Positions 21,140 through 33,756 of a stretch of 64,000 nt of DNA are shown in pieces; within the stretch, counting starts at the first letter, position 1; each line of letters opens with the position of its first letter. The translations under genes were made by a program, and so were the position numbers. Where the stretch lies: assembly GCA_048013815.1 (NCBI GenBank), contig CM106585.1:496001-560000 (forward strand), given 5' to 3'. Source of the DNA: Setoptus koraiensis (lineage: Eukaryota; Animalia; Arthropoda). Below the pieces are notes generated by a model that worked only from the letters and a program-made list of their open reading frames with translations, was not told the origin of the DNA and searched no databases.

Positions 21140-24100
21140 CTGATGGGGTACAGATTGATGGCGCTGGTGCCTGGCACGTAGCATAGTGCCGCCGTCACCA
21201 CCGTCTCAAAGAACAAACCGAAATTGAGCACGTGATTTCCCATGCCCTGTTCTCTGATGGACAATTTTCGCGTCTTGCTCACTATGAGATCGGCCCATTG
21301 AACTACCACTATGGTCACAAAGAAGGCCGTCTGGCAGGTATGCTCGAGAAACTTTCTGTCCTTGTATGACCAGCTCTGATTGTACGAGTCCACTAGTGTT
21401 GTTACGTTCTCATTGTCCCATTCCTTTCTGATGCCCTTCAAATCTTTCAGCATCCAACCGCATTCGGCCATCACCACAAAATAGGTGAAAAAACCCGCAA
21501 AGGCCTGTAAAACGCCCAACTGACCATAGGCCAGCGATATGAGGCGCCAATTAACCAGACCGCCGTCGTTGGTGGCATTTCGTGGCTTCCTTCGCATTAT
21601 GTCCCGTTCGGCCTTTTCGTATGCCAGCGAAATGGCTGGCACCATATCGGTCACCAAGTCTATCAGCAATATGCACACTGTGCTAAGCGCAAGCGGAAAA
21701 CCAAATATAACATAAACAAGAAACGGGGCCAATTCGGGCACGTTCGAAGTCAGCGTGTACGCTATGGACTTTTTTAAATTGTCAAAAATGATTCTGCCCT
21801 CCTCTATGCCCGTAACAATAGAGGCAAAATTGTCGTCCAACAGAATCATGTCCGCCGCTTGCTTGCTGACGTCACTGCCATTGACGCCCATGGCAATGCC
21901 AATGTCGGCCTTCTTGAGGGCAGGCGAATCGTTGACACCGTCCCCTGTCACCGCAACCACTGCGCCCGTCCGCTGGCACCCCTCAACAATCATCAATTTT
22001 TGCTGGGGCGACGTCCTAGCGAACACAATCTCATCATGTTGACGCAGTATGTCGTCTAGGCGCTCTTCGCTCATGTAGCGCAACTCTTGACCGTGCACCA
22101 CAATAGCCTTGGCCAGTTTCGGGTCCACCGCCTTGACGGGTATGCCTAGCCGTTTGGCCACATCGTCGGGCGTTTCGCTGTGCTCGGATATAATGCCCAC
22201 CGAGCGGGCAATCGCTTGCGCCGTTATGGGATGATCGCCTGTCACCATGATGACACGAATGCCCGCGTCGCGGCACTTTGCCACCGCGTCGGGCACCGCC
22301 GCCCGGGGCGGATCAATCATGCTGACGAGGCCCAAAAAGCGCATTCCGCGCTGCGGGAAATTCATCGTGTCCAAATCGAACTTATAGTTTTCGGGATACT
22401 CGGCACTGGGCAGGGGCAAGTCGCAAAAGCCTATTACCCGTTCGCCCAGACCGCCCATGTCCTCGTAGGCGCGGATAAAATTTTCGCGCATCTTACTGTC
22501 GAGCGGTTTCAGTTCGTTCGAGCACAATATCTTGTCGCAGCGCTCCAAAATTCTCTCTGGGGCCCCTTTCATCACCACAACATAACGGCAATCGCTTTCG
22601 TATTTCTGATACAGCAATTTGACACTGTTAGACGATTGCAAGGCACTCAGCGATTCGCTGCGCGACACGGGCGCCCCCTCAAGCGACTGTGATTGTTTGT
22701 TGGCTTGTTTCCGCTGGTCGCCCGTCTTGCTCGCTTTGGGCGAGCTGGGGCCCTTGTGGGCCCTCTGTTGTTGTTGTCTCATGAGTTTCTTCTTTTTGGC
22801 CCGTTGCGCGGCCGCTCTAGAGCGGCTCACCGACAGGTCGCTGTCGTCGCCCAGGCCGCCTGTTGCGTCCGCGCTGACATCGTGCACCGACAGGGCGTAC
22901 TTATTGGTGGAATTGAACGGCAACTCAACAATCTTTTTGTGCTTTTGTCTATACTCGTTGACGTTGCCAAATTCGCCCTCTAGCCACTTGAGAATGGCCG
23001 ATTCGCTTGCGTCACCCGTAGTGGCCCGCTTCCTAATGGGCACCCGCTCTTGGTTAGGCCTAAACTGGGCCCGGCTACACAAGCGGCCCGCTCGGGTCAG
23101 AGCCTGCCAGGCCAGCGAGCGTGTGTCGCGCAACCTCTGACGGCGCCTATCGTGCACCTCAAACTTGAACATGTGGTTGTCGTACCAACCGTGACTGACA
23201 GTCATGGTGTTCTTGGTCAGTGTGCCCGTCTTGTCCGAGCAAATGATCGATGTTGAGCCTAGCGTCTCAACGGCCTCGAGATTTTTCACAAGACAGTTGC
23301 GGGCAGCCATCCGCTGCGCTGTCAGTGTCAGGCACAAGGTTACGGTGGCCAGCAGACCCTCGGGCACATTGGCCACTATGACGCCAATGAGGAACACTAC
23401 CGCCTCTAGCCAGGGATAGTCGTTTAGTTTGGCCAATATGAAAAAGAAGAAGCCCAATCCGCAAGCAACAAGTGTTATCAACTTTATAAAATGATGTATC
23501 TCTTTCGCGATGGGCGTCTCGCCCGACGACAATTGCGCCGTCAAGCCAGCAATGTGACCCATCACTGTGTTGTCGCCTGTTGCTATTACAATGCCCTGGC
23601 CGGAGCCCTCGACACAATTGGTGGAATAAAAGGCCAAATTGCGCGTCTCCAATGGATTGTCATGAGTCTTGTTTACGGTTCTCATTTGGGGCTCCGATTC
23701 GCCAGTCAACGATGAATTGTCCACACGCAACGAGTCCACCTTGAACAGGCGTATGTCGGCGGGAATTCTGTCGCCGCCGTTCACTTCGACAATGTCGCCC
23801 ACAACTAACATATCGGCATCGATTGTGTCCTTGGTCCCGTTTCTCACAACGTTGGCATGACTGGGCACCAGGCGCTTGAATGAGTCTATTATGTTGGCGC
23901 TTTTGCTCTCTTGATAATAGGCAAACAAGCCCGTGCACAGCACCACTAAAGCCAGCACAATGCCCAACAGAAAATTGTCCCATCGACCGTCCAGCGAGTA
24001 GGCGCCAATACACAACAGGGCGCCCACCCATAGCAATATCGAGAAACCCGAAAATAGCTGACGGGAAAATTTTTTCCATTCACTTTCAGGTCGCGGCGGC

Positions 24101-24393
24101 GTCAAAAAATTCGCTCCATCGCGAAGATATCTAAGGCGAGCCTGCTCTTTGCTCAGGCCCACACTTATATCTGTCTTATATTTGGTCACTAGGGCCTCCA
24201 CGGTTAGCTTGTGATCCTCTATAACAACGTCGTGCTTCAATTCGGACAAGTTGGGCTTCCTGTGGTGCTTGACACGAGTCTGGTTGAAGCTGGTGACACT
24301 CTCCAATGAGCCGCTCACATCGAGCCTCCTGGAGTCGTTTGGCGGGCTCTTGGCCGCGTCTGGTTGCTCGTTCAATTGCAGAGTCTCTAGCAT
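21140..24393 (-). CDS. Atpalpha: Divergent Na+/K+-ATPase (P2C) alpha subunit, main exon (first in-frame ATG at 24393; 1,124 aa with the last exon if unspliced internally)
   Basis: [55 protein letters not shown] (Ser, not the Lys of gastric H/K pumps), [16 protein letters not shown] and VVQWADL. Confidence 0.95.
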
Positions 24394-24883
24394 CTCAACA
24401 ATAATCAATAGACAATTCGATAATGTATTTGTTCTTTAGTCGTTTGATTTAGCGCGATTTGGTTTGGGTCGATTTCCATCATGGAAATATTATCATAATA
24501 ATACTAATTTAATTTAACATGAAGAATAAATTAACAAGAAATTGTGCGCGCGTGACCGCTCACCGGCTCACAAAAAATAAACGATCACCGACACTGTGAT
24601 CATCTGGCTGGATGTAATGGTGATGCAATCGCAGAAGCAAGCGCGAGACACAACGCCGGCGGATTACATTTTCACCGGACTATCTTATGCTGTATGAGAA
24701 AATAGTGATATGTTGTAGAAACCTTGACCATTCGACTAGCACGAGTGTCTGGCGATGTGATGCGTTTCCACGTTCCGATGTGAATCGGCGAATTTATGAA
24801 TACTCTCAATATTGGACACTGCATTTCGATGGTCATAAATGTCATAGGAGTGGCTTCGATATTGTGATAATCTCAACTGAATT
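24394..24883. promoter_or_regulatory. Probable bidirectional promoter between the ATPase and hexokinase
   Basis: 490 nt between two divergent ATGs, with an AT-rich block followed by a CpG-containing block. No TSS data. Confidence 0.45.
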
Positions 24884-26434
24884 ATGCCAAAATCAAACTC
24901 AGGCTGCAGCGCCAGAAAGTCTAGAAAATCTAAATCAAGATCACAAATACAACAACCTGCACAATCACCACAGCAACGACAGCAAAATCCCCAACAACAA
25001 CACAGCGTTATGACAGTGTTAAATGCTTACGATTTAACCAATGACGATCTCATAGAAATCAAGTCAAAATTGAGAAAAGAATTGGAGCTCGGACTGAGCG
25101 ACGAAGATGCGGCCTCAGTGAAAATGTTACTTACATATGTCAGGGAATTGTCTCGAGGTGACGAGCACGGCTACTTTCTATCACTAGATTTAGGTGGAAC
25201 AAATTTTCGTGTTCTATTAGTGAAATTGTTAAATGGCAAAGCCACCATTGCCAGCAGTGCCCACAGTGTCATTCCATTGGAATTGCAACGGACAGAAAAT
25301 GGGCAAGAACTATTCGATTATATTGCCATAAAGCTATTGGAATTTGTCAAAGCAAACAAATTGAAAAGGCGTAGAATTAGTTTGGGTTTTACCTTTAGTT
25401 TTCCCTGCAAACAATACGGTCTTACACAATCGATTTTGGTTAAATGGTGCAAAGGATTCAATGTTGGCGGTGTCATTGGCACCGATATTGTGAAACAATT
25501 GAAGAACGCACTCAAGAGACAATTGTCCGGCTTGGTGGAGGCCTACATAGACGTTGTGGCCGTTATTAATGACACAACGGGCACCCTGGTGGCCTGTGCC
25601 AATTCAAATGCAGATTGTCGCATTGGCCTGATAGTGGGCACCGGCTACAACGCGTGCTATATGGAAAAATTAAACGAAATAGAAAAATGGCCCGCCAATT
25701 ATACAAACCCAAAACAGGTTATAGTCAACTGTGAATGGGGCGCCTTCGGTGACGATCCCACGCACAGGCCGTTGGATAAATACAGAAATGAATTTGATGT
25801 TATGATTGACCAACAATCCATTAATCCACTGGGACAGACTTATGAAAAAATGATCAGTGGCATGTATATAGGCGAAATGTTACGATTGAGCATGCTAAAA
25901 TTAATTCAAATGAAATGTTTGTTCGAAGGAAAATCAAGCAAAAAATTAGAGACAAAGGACGTGCTCAATGGCAAACATTTGTCCCTAATAGCCGATGACG
26001 AAAAGAAATGTCAGACGCACGAAACAATGAAAATTCTCGCCGAGTTGGCTCTCGATCAGTATGCCACAAGGCATGATTTGCAGTTAATTATACAGATAAA
26101 TAGAAAAATAATGCTCAGAAGTGCCTGGCTAGTGGCGGCAGGTGTCAGCGTTTTGTTGGAACGAGTGAAGCGTCCAAACACCACTATTGGCTTCGATGGA
26201 TCAGTGATTAGACATCATCCGTATTTCTTGGATACTCTCATCAGCAAATGCCAAGAGCTAACAAATCCCAATTATAAATTTCAATTTTTCCTCTCCACCG
26301 ACGGAAGCGGAATTGGGGCCGCAGTGGTGGCCGCAGCTTTACACAAGGAACGGCGTCCGCTTTACATGGTGAAAAATGGCAAATTGTACGAGATGCAATT
26401 TAGCGCTGCGCAGCCCGAATCGGACATTGTCTAG
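24884..26434 (+). CDS. Hexokinase (single ~50 kDa unit), intronless, divergent
   Basis: LDLGGTNFRV, LGFTFSFP, KWCKGF, VINDTTGT, GTGYNACY, NCEWGAFG, EKMISGMYIGE, DGSV and DGSGIGAA. Basic/Q-rich N-terminal extension of about 42 aa with an alternative Met at aa 43. Confidence 0.93.
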   Translation: MPKSNSGCSARKSRKSKSRSQIQQPAQSPQQRQQNPQQQHSVMTVLNAYDLTNDDLIEIKSKLRKELELGLSDEDAASVKMLLTYVRELSRGDEHGYFLSLDLGGTNFRVLLVKLLNGKATIASSAHSVIPLELQRTENGQELFDYIAIKLLEFVKANKLKRRRISLGFTFSFPCKQYGLTQSILVKWCKGFNVGGVIGTDIVKQLKNALKRQLSGLVEAYIDVVAVINDTTGTLVACANSNADCRIGLIVGTGYNACYMEKLNEIEKWPANYTNPKQVIVNCEWGAFGDDPTHRPLDKYRNEFDVMIDQQSINPLGQTYEKMISGMYIGEMLRLSMLKLIQMKCLFEGKSSKKLETKDVLNGKHLSLIADDEKKCQTHETMKILAELALDQYATRHDLQLIIQINRKIMLRSAWLVAAGVSVLLERVKRPNTTIGFDGSVIRHHPYFLDTLISKCQELTNPNYKFQFFLSTDGSGIGAAVVAAALHKERRPLYMVKNGKLYEMQFSAAQPESDIV

Positions 26435-27231
26435 CCGATTATCTTTGTCCAGTATATATGTCTAGTAAATATCTAGTGTATGTAGTATATAACCAGATGG
26501 AGCTAGCTTCGACTTGCAACAACATTCCAGAGTCATGCGCATTGATTGGGTCAGTGCGATTCTCATTATTAGCTAGCTTTGTTGCTATAGAGAAGTTATG
26601 CTCATGTTAAGTGTCGTGGTTGTTGTTGTTGTTGTGTTTGTTTGATCAGTGAATAATACAGCTAGCTCGACAAACTTGCAAACAACACTATTGAAGTTGA
26701 CCAGCAAAAATGCGTCAAACGGAAATGTGTCAACTTATCTGCTTGTCTATTTAACGGCCGATATAACGGTGCCTGGCACCCACTAACAATCAGCTGCTCC
26801 AACTTTAAACTGTATGGACAAGTTTGAATTGTAGAAAGTTTGAATTGTCGAAAAGAAATCATCAGTGTCGAGAAGATACAAATACTCAAAAACATGAATG
26901 AGCAGGTCATGCGTAAAAAGTTGAAAAGTATTCACTAGTGTAGCAACAATTCGCAGCAACAATGGATAAAGAAGGACTAAAATAACTTGCAATGATCATC
27001 ACTGAAACCAGCACAAGTATCGCAACTTTGTCGCGCAAATATGTAACTATTGCTCGTGTTTGAAATATAAACAACATCTTCTCATAAATGTGTCACACAG
27101 AAACTACAAATATTGAAAATTGTTTGTCATCATAGAAATAGTTAATAAAACTAATAATAATTGTAATATTTGGTTAGCAAGCGTCAACAAAAGATCACAT
27201 CAAAGCGTCAGAAGGTGCTATTATTAGATGT

Positions 27232-27295
27232 ATATATATCTAATAAGTAAGTGATATATATAAATACATATATATATATATATATATACATATAC
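27232..27295. repeat. Imperfect (TA)n microsatellite
   Basis: Direct reading. Confidence 0.8.
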
Positions 27296-28060
27296 TTAAC
27301 TTGAAGGTGAGTAGTCACAAAGTTTGCCGGGTCGCATTTCTGACGGATTCACCATTACCATTGACTTAGAGCAGCACTACTTTTGGATTTTGTTGTTTCT
27401 TTATGCGTTGTTTCATTAGCGGACCAACTATAAATTAACTGTACTTACTTTTGTACCGTAATGCTGTTGTCTGAAATAACTTCGGCGTGCTGATGCGCGT
27501 TACTTTGTCCAACCAGATATATTCTTGGTTTTGTTTACTGTCTGGCATTGGTCTACAACTTAAGTTCAGCACGCCAGAGATACAAATGTTACAACTGGCG
27601 AGCATGTCTAGCTATACAAGTAGCACTCACAACTAATGTTTGTTGAAATGTCTTGCTCGTGCGCCTCTAATAACCGTATTTGACCGGCATCGCGTATTCG
27701 CCGCTGATGACGCCAAAAGTCATTAGCTATTCAGCTTATTACATGTATTATTACAACACTTTCCAGGACTCTGGCACCATTATCATGTCCTCCATTCAAT
27801 CCATTTGCTGCTCTGTCTTGATATATTTGATACCTTCAGACAGCTAGTTAAGATGCAACTTATGTAACTAATGTTCATTTGCAACGTCGCAGTCAGTTGT
27901 TGTCGTTGATGAAGCAAGCGGCCGAAACGAACGACATTCGAAGATTCAGTTTATTCATTGACTTTCATTTAACTCCACTTCTGGCTATCTCTCTCCGTTG
28001 CATTCTTTGTCTGTGTGTAGTTAGCGATCACTGATTACTGGCTACACAACAACCATCTAT

Positions 28061-28064
<4 letters not shown>

Positions 28065-28148
<84 letters not shown>
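28065..28148. repeat. (AC)42 microsatellite
   Basis: Direct reading, 84 nt. Confidence 0.95.
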
Positions 28149-28151
<3 letters not shown>

Positions 28152-31100
28152 CAAATAAACAGACCGACTTCCGGTACGACACGTGCTCATTCAAGTCTAC
28201 CAATTTGGGCCTCTAGGTCGTCTCACATTGGATAAAGTGGTTTTAATTTTCAGCGCTGCATTTGCAGCCAATTATAATTGTGTCCACGTTTCTGCTACTC
28301 ACAAGACAACTCCATTTCATCCTGTTGACCTGATTTTGATTTCTCTCCTTGTGTCAGCAGTAATTGACTTGATCTACTCATCATTCAATCCACCACTACT
28401 ACTACTTACTAATCGATATCAACGAAAAACGGCGCAAAAACACCAACATCAATCGTGTTGCTAGTAGCTTTGGTCAACTGATTGCAATCAATCAATCAGT
28501 CATTAAAGACCAATGCACACTAGTCTAGACTCGGCTTACATCGCCCCAAATACTCGGAATTTCACCATCCACATCTAAGTCGAGAATGTTTCTTAGCGCT
28601 GGCTTTATCGTGAATCAATTATGATCCTGTTAGATTTTAGCTAATGGGCTTACAGCGCACACCCCTTGGGTCGCTTCCAAATGATACAAATATCTGAGGA
28701 AAATATAAATGTGTCATTAAGACATCAATTGATGTTTTAACGCTTGTCCGAGTCGAAAGTTTTGACAATTTCTTTAGCCATCGACACCGATATCTACTAG
28801 TCATTTATCGACTTATGGCGGGTGCGCGATGCTTTTGGGGCGATCCTCACAGCTATAATTTCGATAGCGACCAGGTAAAGGCAGACAAACGAGTGGGACA
28901 CAGCGTAAGAGCTTCACCTACATTTTGGTCCACCTTTCACAAGTTGATGGTAGACCGAAATAATCAGCCAGTTAGTTCGTAATCTAACCGTTAGCTCGAA
29001 CTAAGCTAAAGTGCTCATCGCCTCAAGTATGATGGGGCCACTTTTGTCGCAGTCATACTTGGCATTTAGACGAACATTAGAAGACGCAAAAAAAAGAAGC
29101 GATATACTTATTTGTCACAACATCTGCTCCTAGAGGGAAATATTCCGAGAAAAAAAACGGGTAAAAAAAGGCGAAGATATATGGAACGAAGGACGATGGT
29201 TCGAGAAGCCTCTGACCAGCACGATAGCCAAGCGAAAAGCCGATCAGTGATAAGCGAATAAGTAAGATTGACACTGAACACAACTAGCCATCATAGTGAT
29301 AGTGTTATTATACTGAAGTGATTTGTGCTGAATTGTCGCTTGGGATTCGGGCAAGATTTCTTGGCAACCACAAGCAATAGCTCTTTTTGGCCAGTTTGAA
29401 TCGTGACCAGGTGAGCCGAGTGAAACTGTACAGTTGTTTGGCAGCAAAAAGAATGTTGCCCCATTGGACATAGAAAAGTTTTTATAAGAAAACTGCGAGT
29501 GCCACCGCGGCTGAACAGGCTTTGAGCTGAGCCATTTGAGATCCAGTCAGGCCAAATTTACGGCACAGTTGAGCTACATTTGTGATAGAGCTGCTGGTCA
29601 GACTAAAGTGATACTTTGCAGAGCCTCTATGGCCACATAGATGGTCTCGAAGACCCGTGATGGATGTCTTTGGAAGTGGGGTCCAAATCACTTCAAGAAT
29701 TTGTGGTCGGCTTAGCGGATTGGCTGTCAGTCGTAGATAATTTACAAGCAGATGAAGTGCATCAAAAACAGTTCAATATACCATCCATAGCCCGGTTGGC
29801 TGACTCACTGGATTACATAATGATAATCGAAGCGAATAATAGAGTGGTGGCGCTACTGTCAGCGTGCTTTGTGTGGGGATTTGCGCGTTTTTAGTTGTGG
29901 TTTGGTGCTTGGTCAAAATTGGTCAGTTGTAATTACAATGGACTAACGCCTTCGGCAACTAGTCAACTATGGCATTTCGTATAATATTCTGTTTGGTGAT
30001 TAGCGAACCAAAAGAGTGATTCAACAGCGACTCGCAACTAGCAATTTTACTATTATTAACTGTTCTGGCAACATTGTTCTCATGGGCCGCACTGCTGACC
30101 AGCTCCTGGTTGGTTGGGCCCCGATACGGTGCATTAACATAGTAATGGAATCAACATTAATTATAATCAAGTATCTGGCGGTTTAGATTTAGTGCCTGGC
30201 GTAATATTAGGTGCTGTCGTTGGTGGCCAGCAATCGATTACAGCTCGTCATTACATGTAATGGTATCGTTGACACTGTTTGATAACAGCTCAATCTGCGG
30301 GGCCGCCGGAATGGATTATCGTGGGTCAGGAGGCGCAAGAATGCGCCTGCGATGCCATATATCACACAGCCGCACATACTATCAGATGTTTGTGCAATGT
30401 TTGTTGGTTGATGAGGTCAGGCGAATGTGCCCGATTACTGGTGTGCTGGTAATTTCGGAAAGAATCGGTTGCTCACGCACAGTATTTGTTGTTTTTATTT
30501 TATGAGATGGTGCTTCTTGTGATGTGAAAAAGCAGATGCCATCCAGATACTGATGTTGAGTGTAACAAAAGGCCGCTTGAGAAGGAGAAATTGGAATTTG
30601 CAAAACTCCAAACACTCCGACGAGAAGTGAATGATGTTTTTCTTTGGCACCCGCACCCGCATCCAATTTAGCCTGGCATGATGTATGTAATGGTGCGTAA
30701 TGGCTCGACGGCAGGTAGCCCGAAGTTGCCAGAAGAACGGGATAATTTTAGCGGCCGGGATTTTTATGGAATCAAGTTTTAGTTGTTCTCTCAACTGGAC
30801 AGCAACTGATTGAGTTGATCCGAGCACAAGCAGCACGAGCCACAGAAATGGCACCGTGCATAGGGTGGCTCTCTCTCTACAGCTTTATTATCCATGCTAA
30901 CAAATAAACACACCTGAGTATTATTGTTATTATTATTCATAAGCTCTCTATTGTGCGCTCCTCACTGGCTGGCTGTCATGATTAGCCATGATGGTGGAGA
31001 TAAAGCAGATTAGATGAGAATCAGCTACTGGAACGTGTTCGAGTAGCCAACTTTCTCTCCCTCTAACTGTGCTCATTGAGTGGCTTGTTATGGGGCCCTC

Positions 31101-32484
31101 CAGTGAGGCGTCCACAACCAACAGCCAAGCCAGACTAAAGAGAACAGCGCAACGTTACGTTAGTTGATAATAACTTGCTCGTTTGCTTGCTTACTCAACC
31201 CAAAATATTCGAGTTATTATCTCGGAATGACAGCTATAACTATCCAAATACTCATTGGCCAACTGTATAAGCATGTTTTAATGGCGCATATTGTTGCATC
31301 ATTAAGTTTGGTCCGCTATTTATCATCATCGCATTTACAGTGATTTCATGCATTAACAACGATCGATGGTTGCTGTTAGAATCGTTGTTGGTGTTCATTC
31401 ATCTTGGCACATCTGCCAGTAATTTTTCGTATAGATGTGATTAGATGACATTAGAGCAACATTAACTAGATCTATTATTAGAACCTAATTTTAAATCTCT
31501 GTGCAGGTTGCGAGTAAACTTGAACTTGTTAGTTCAAGTTTATTATTATTCAGCTCGCCAGTTCGGTCATCACCGACCGGCCACAATGCCTGGAATTATC
31601 GGATTATTGGTTCGAAATTATCATTTCGGGCGTCGACGTGCCACATAACTTATACTTCGGAGTTTTCATCTAACTGCTCTTGATGTTGGACGTTGACCCA
31701 GTTAGAATTGGTGAGATAGTGATGGCAAAAAAGAAGAAAAAACTCATCGGATTTGCGCTTTAGTCACTGAGTGGACTCTGGTGTGCACCAGTGTATCGAA
31801 AAAACTGTGACCATGTCTAACTGTCTTACTGTCTCTCAAAATATGGCCGTTAGCTCTTTTCAAGTTTTAATCTTATCATCGGCCACATATCTTGAATGAG
31901 TTTTCCAACGAATTCGTTCAAAAACGGTTCGTGTGTGTGTGCAACGTGTAAATTAAACATTCGAATGAGATCGAAGATAGTGGACGCTTTTTTGCTTGCC
32001 ATTAAACTTGCCAAGCAAAGCTGGACGCAACGTCAAGCTGTTTGTCGTAGGCAAGCAGTCACTTGTCAGAATGTCATTAACAGTGACCTCCTTACTGGTA
32101 TGAGCGTTGGCACAGACCCGAAATGGTGCCCCTCATTATGTCTCTATACCTAGTGGATGGCGCTTATTTGCTTGTGTCGCTGTTCGCCTCACTTGCGCTT
32201 CTCGCAAATATTTCGCTCATGCCGCTGCTGTTACCCGGCTAGTATGTATGTCGAGCTGGTAATTGTGACAAGAGACGCGTGGGCGCCTCATCATTGCGAA
32301 GGGGCCCGCCCAAATAATGTTTCCATGTTGGCTGAATGACTGGCTGTTGAAATGGCCCCAATCATGCTTATTTCGTCTACGTTATGAGTTTTGTTGTGAG
32401 TTTGTTGATCTCTCAGTCGTTCACTGTGAGTGTGTGTGCTCTTTGAACCGAAGCTTAACCACAATCACGGCATCACTACTTACC

Positions 32485-32523
32485 GTTGTCGTCGTTGTCG
32501 TCGTCGTTGCTGGTGCTGTCGTC

Positions 32524-32588
<65 letters not shown>

Positions 32589-32589
32589 G
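32485..32589. repeat. (GTC/GTT)n tract followed by (CAA)20
   Basis: Direct reading. It produces the spurious poly-Q and poly-T ORFs. Confidence 0.93.
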
Positions 32590-33756
32590 CAGTGACAAAA
32601 GCGGAAACTGGCCCATCGGCAACTAGGCTAAGGAAACGCAATTGGAACCTAACTAACTAAGACTGTTTGTTGAGTCATTGGAACACAACAGTGCAACCTT
32701 ATACTTTAGCCTCACTGACGTGACACACAACGTCACATAACAGAGAATTGTACCTGTCTTGTTCTACTGGCGCTTCTCCTCATTCTGCGTCAGCTTGTGC
32801 GAATCGCAAACAAATTCTTATAACACTGGCATGACCACTCACACAAATAAGCAAAGAAACAAACAAGCAAACAAACTGGCCAACAGATATAGTGAATGAG
32901 ATCGGAGCCTTGAATAACTTGAATACAAAGGCCATCAAGCAATGAGGAATTCATCATCACCCTCCCACGTGTTTATGGGTGCGATGCAAAGCACCATCCA
33001 CTTCCATTAAGCTGAGTGAATCACTACTGATAGAGGGGCACATCAAATTAAATAATCAGTTTCATAGCTGGCCAGAGTTGTCACAATATCTGGCTGTCCA
33101 TATGTTTATCCATATGCTAATGCGAACGGTTATCGATGCTCGATGGTTACCTCTTTGTCCAAATCACTTTTTTAGATAGAATAACTACGAACGATCATCG
33201 CAAAAAGAATCGGTGGCTATTGTGTATTTAGGTCAATTTTTTTTCCATTTTCTTCCATTTTTTTTTTCGGTTTTCCAGGTTTTCACTTTTTTCGAAGTTT
33301 TTTTTTTCGTCCAGTCGGCCGAAAAATGAGTTCTTTCGATGGTTGAAATCTGTGAAATGCTTGATTATTGGTTTTGACAATTAACGAGCTGTTCATTGTC
33401 GAGAGATTTAAATGGGCGTTTCGCATTATGAAAAATATCTTTTTTCAGGAGGTTTGCTTGTTTTTTCAACTGCTGGAATTTTCAGAAATGCCCATGAGCA
33501 CCGAAATGATTTGCAAATAAACTTGTTCGATGGGCACAAATAAAACTCTCACAGTATTTTGACAATAAAATCTTGCGAAAGAAAAGTTTCAAACAAGTCA
33601 GCCAAAATTAGCGGTATACAAGCAGTCCGGCGACATGTTTCGTTAACAAGTTCTAAGCGACGCAATGAAACTCATTCATCGGGGGCTTGTTGTTCTACAA
33701 CCAAAGATTGTTTAATTTATAGCAATGGAATTTTTCATCATGCGCTACTTTATTAA

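Noticed and set aside
21755-24134. Antisense ORFs up to 173 aa over the ATPase
   Set aside because: Expected shadows of a GC-rich coding strand, with no motifs.
30495-30854. 119-aa ORF with a signal-peptide-like start
   Set aside because: Starts at GTG rather than ATG, and no recognisable domain follows.
32317-32660. Poly-Q and poly-T ORFs
   Set aside because: Translations of the CAA microsatellite.
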